DNA of 64,000 bases from Mytilus trossulus (taxonomy: Eukaryota). A program made the translations under genes and the position numbers. The DNA lies in contig NC_086373.1 of the NCBI RefSeq assembly GCF_036588685.1, forward strand, positions 101,742,001 to 101,806,000, written 5' to 3'. The notes beneath the pieces are model-generated. The model worked only from the letters and a program-made list of their open reading frames with translations. It was not told the DNA's origin and searched no databases. This document shows positions 60,500 to 64,000 of this stretch, piece after piece; the first letter of the stretch is position 1, and the number at the start of each line of letters is the position of its first letter.

Positions 60500-61433
60500 C
60501 AGGAATGGGGTAATTGAAAATGTAATGGTAATTTAGTGTAATACATTACAATTTTCCATGTATTTGAATGTAATGTGGAAATGAGCATGATTTTAATTAC
60601 TTGTAATGGTAATTCAATTAATTACAATGAAAAAGCATTTTGTCAAATTTTTCCAATAAGTATATGCAAAATGATTTTAGAAATAAAAATTATCAGCTGT
60701 AAAAACAAACAGCAATTAATCAGATTAAAATGTGTAATAAAACAACCTATGAAAAAGGCCACTATAAGATGTATTTTATATAATTTTAAAACAATTAACA
60801 TGTTGCTAATGTTGAGACATTGATCATTGTTTGTAATATAAATCGTATTCAATATTATGACAAGCATACTTTTTAATATTTGTTAAGTAAAAAAAGGATA
60901 CAGACATTTATAATTATTTATAATGTTTTAATTCATTTTTTGTTTTAATTTAAAGACACCAATTCTGAGATGTCAAAATTCTCTTAATGTATTGGAGAGT
61001 TAATAGTTACAAATTCCCACTTCTGTCAACACATCTAGAAATACCTGCCACATCAGCCTCCTGTCGAAATACAATTCAAAATTTGTGGCAAAGTGTTCAG
61101 ACCAGAAAGGTGCAGACTAAATGTTAAACCATTAGAAACAGCGAATGACGATCAAATACACCACTTAAAAGTATGTTGTTAGCTCACATAGATATAGAGA
61201 GATGTGGTATGAGTGCCAATGAGACAACTCTCCATCCGAGTTTACAATTTATAAAGTAAACAATATTGGTCAAGGTACAACACTAATATTTTACACGTTT
61301 TAAAAAATTATAAATTGTTTAAAAAAACTATGACAACATGTTATGTGTAATGCTTATTAGTTTAATTGAACATTTTTGCAATGTAATGTGTCATTTAATT
61401 AATTACATACCAATATAAATGACCCCAAGTCTG
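60500..61433. mobile_element. Non-autonomous hAT DNA transposon related to 56184-57379
   Basis: Ends CAGGAATGGGG / CCCCAAGTCTG; TSD ATAGTACT / ATAGTAAT; GTAAT/ATTAC subterminal motifs. Confidence 0.78.
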
Positions 61434-63864
61434 ATAGTAATTAAACAAATTTCAAATATCCTGGTACAGCAATCAACATTGCGTTATGATCGTTTAATTT
61501 ATCAATATAAAAACAACCATATGTTAACAAAGAAAATCAAAAAGCATATAGACATAGCACATTAGCCAAATCGAAAGAATAACAATGTGCCATCAACTCA
61601 TTTTGGCCCCTATAGTCCCAAAGTTAATTCTTCTCACTTTAAAATTAAGTTTCTAGATAAATCTTACTTGCTTTTGAATTTTACTTTATTTCATTTTATT
61701 TCAAGCCAATTATGTATCTACAAAAATCGTTTTTCAAAACATAATATAATTGCATTTGTAGCTTATTGAAACAACCTTTGAACCATAATATCCAATACCT
61801 ATGATACCAAAAGCCAATAATACTTTAAAGAAGTTTGGTTTGCTTGTATAAAATCATCATGTACAGTTTCTATAAAACTTCGATTTATCAGAAACAATTA
61901 ATCAGACCTGATGTTTCAGCTGAACTGTGCGCACGGTTGTTAATTATTGTGAAAATCTTTCTCTTTATTGATGCTAATATGAAATCTGACTAAACTGATT
62001 AATGTGTGGTAAACTAAATCTATTGTGACTGCATGCCGGTCAGACTGCTCTTATTATAGAAGTCTACAAAAAGCTGAAGTAATAGTTTGGATGTCAATGC
62101 TAAATTTTCTATTCAGGTAAATTATGATTTATAAATTTAAGATATCTTACTGTGATACTGATGAAATAAATAAGATGTTGTGCACTTTCTTGCACGTGCT
62201 TGCATTCATAAAAGGTCTGGTGATGTTTTACTCTTGCGTGAAATCCTCAGCCTTTTCACCTAGATATAGTACATTTTTGAAATGGTCATTTCAATCGATC
62301 ACATTATTTATTAAATGATAAATGAAAAAGTGAACAATATATGTTTTTTCATTTATATCAAGGTGCATTGTATGTTGAATTTATCATAAGATTGAAATCT
62401 ATCAGGTGCAATTAAGATATAAGACTTTCATTATACGCCTAAGATATAATATAGTGTAACGAACTTGCTAATTCTGTATTGATTCAATGACTACTGTATT
62501 TGTCCTGATGGCCGTAGGGCCGAGGTCCAATACCGTTTACCATGACCGGCAATCAATACAGAATTTGTTACACTTTTATTAAATAATAAAACAGTCTATA
62601 TGACTGATCCATATGACAGGAACTAACTACAGCATGTCCGTATGGAAACACTTATTAATCGGGTCAAACAGCCGTATTCAACATATTGATACTATGATTT
62701 TAACTTAAGAATTCAATAACAGTCATGCTGATTTTAGCATATTCGGGCCAATTCAAACATATAATTGTTTAACACACCATATGACATACCTTGCAAGACC
62801 CTCATAGATAGTAAGGTTGTAAAAAAATCTACTATTACCATGCGAGACTGAGTTCGCCTAACATTGCATTTGTTTTCGCCAAAGTCAGAGCGAACTCTAT
62901 TTATCACAAGGGCTCTTGAAATATCATAAATCAAAGAATTTAATTTGGAGGATTGCTTCATAGGTTCAGATTAGGAATAAAGGCTACAGTAGTAAACCGG
63001 TGTTCAAAAGTTATAAATCGATTGAGAAAAAAACAAATATTGGTAAAAAACCAAAACCGAGGGAAAAACTGAAAACATACGTTCAGATTATAGGAAAATG
63101 TTAAAAGTATCTTCCAAATAATAACACTCCTGTTTAAATCGGTATAATTATGTTTTACATCAATGAATATGTTTATGCTTTAGAACTTTGCTAACGTAAA
63201 AGCTATTTAATAGCTGGTTACTTATCATGTATTTAGTAATTAGAATAAGATCTTCGTGATATATGTTTCATTATAAAGTGTACTGCCTTCACAAACCAAA
63301 GTAATATAGATATAAGAAAATGTGGTTTGCCCCGACATTACATTGTGTTTTAATCTTAAGGCTATGTCACCGATATGTGATCCTTTGTAAATGTCCAAGT
63401 CAATTTGCATTAATCTATTGTTTCGGCATGACTGAAGTAATTGATGCAGTTATCATTGAGATAGAGAGTTGTTGATAACAAGGAAGCTATCAAACAAGGG
63501 TTTGAAGTGTTTAAGTGGAGTTTATCACGCACTCCCGTCCGCTTTTGGATTTTTACACCACTGGTTCGATCCCACAGCTGGTTGACGTTTCGTCACCAGC
63601 CCAGTAGTCAGCACTTCGGTGTTGACATGAATATCAATTATATTGTCATTTTTATAAATTTCCTGTTTACAAAACTTTGAATATTTTGAAAAACTAAGGA
63701 TTTTCTTATCCCAGGATAGACAACCTTATCCGTATGTGATTTTTGTATTTTTGTATTTTCTGATCACAGGAATACATAACCTTAGCCGTTTTTGACACAA
63801 CTTTTGGAATTTTGGTCCTCAATGATCTTCAACTTGTTTCGTTTTATAACCATTTTGATCTGAG

Positions 63865-63906
63865 CGTCACTGATGAGTCTTATGTTGACGAAACGCGCGT
63901 CTGCCG
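63865..63906 (+). ncRNA. Minimal hammerhead ribozyme in a retrozyme copy (~63560-63930)
   Basis: CGTCA-CTGATGA-GTC-TTATGTT-GAC-GAAAC-GCGC-GTC-TGCCG. Confidence 0.85.
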
Positions 63907-64000
63907 TATTAAATTATAATACTGGTACCTTCGATCAATTTTAGGTGGATATGGCAAAATTAAACTTATCAATAAATGTGTACTTAAATGAGCAACATAA

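Overview
AT-rich eukaryotic (animal) genomic DNA, most likely a bivalve mollusc (Mytilus-like, judged from repeat content and the squid-type DFPase). The left 19 kb holds two intron-containing genes head-to-head, with only 192 bp between their ATGs: the first 16 coding exons (564 codons) of RICTOR on the minus strand, running off the left edge, and a complete 5-exon, 311-aa diisopropyl-fluorophosphatase (DFPase) gene on the plus strand. I found no convincing host gene in the remaining ~45 kb, which is dominated by mobile DNA. The main find is a decayed Penelope-like element with an N-terminal GIY-YIG endonuclease (Naiad type, ~35.7-39.3 kb). It has three in-frame TGA codons exactly at conserved Cys positions and a type-II SECIS-like stem-loop in its 3' UTR, so it looks like a selenoprotein-encoding retrotransposon; a second SECIS-bearing 3' fragment is nested in another element at 22-23 kb. 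Also present: a young Neptune-type Penelope element with a 250-bp inverted pLTR; several families of minimal hammerhead ribozymes, including a 341-nt tandem retrozyme unit with an opposite-polarity hammerhead-like motif; a Helentron-type element carrying a ~170-bp satellite; hAT and Harbinger non-autonomous elements; and a tRNA-derived SINE. All calls come from manual reading and translation; no database searches were run.
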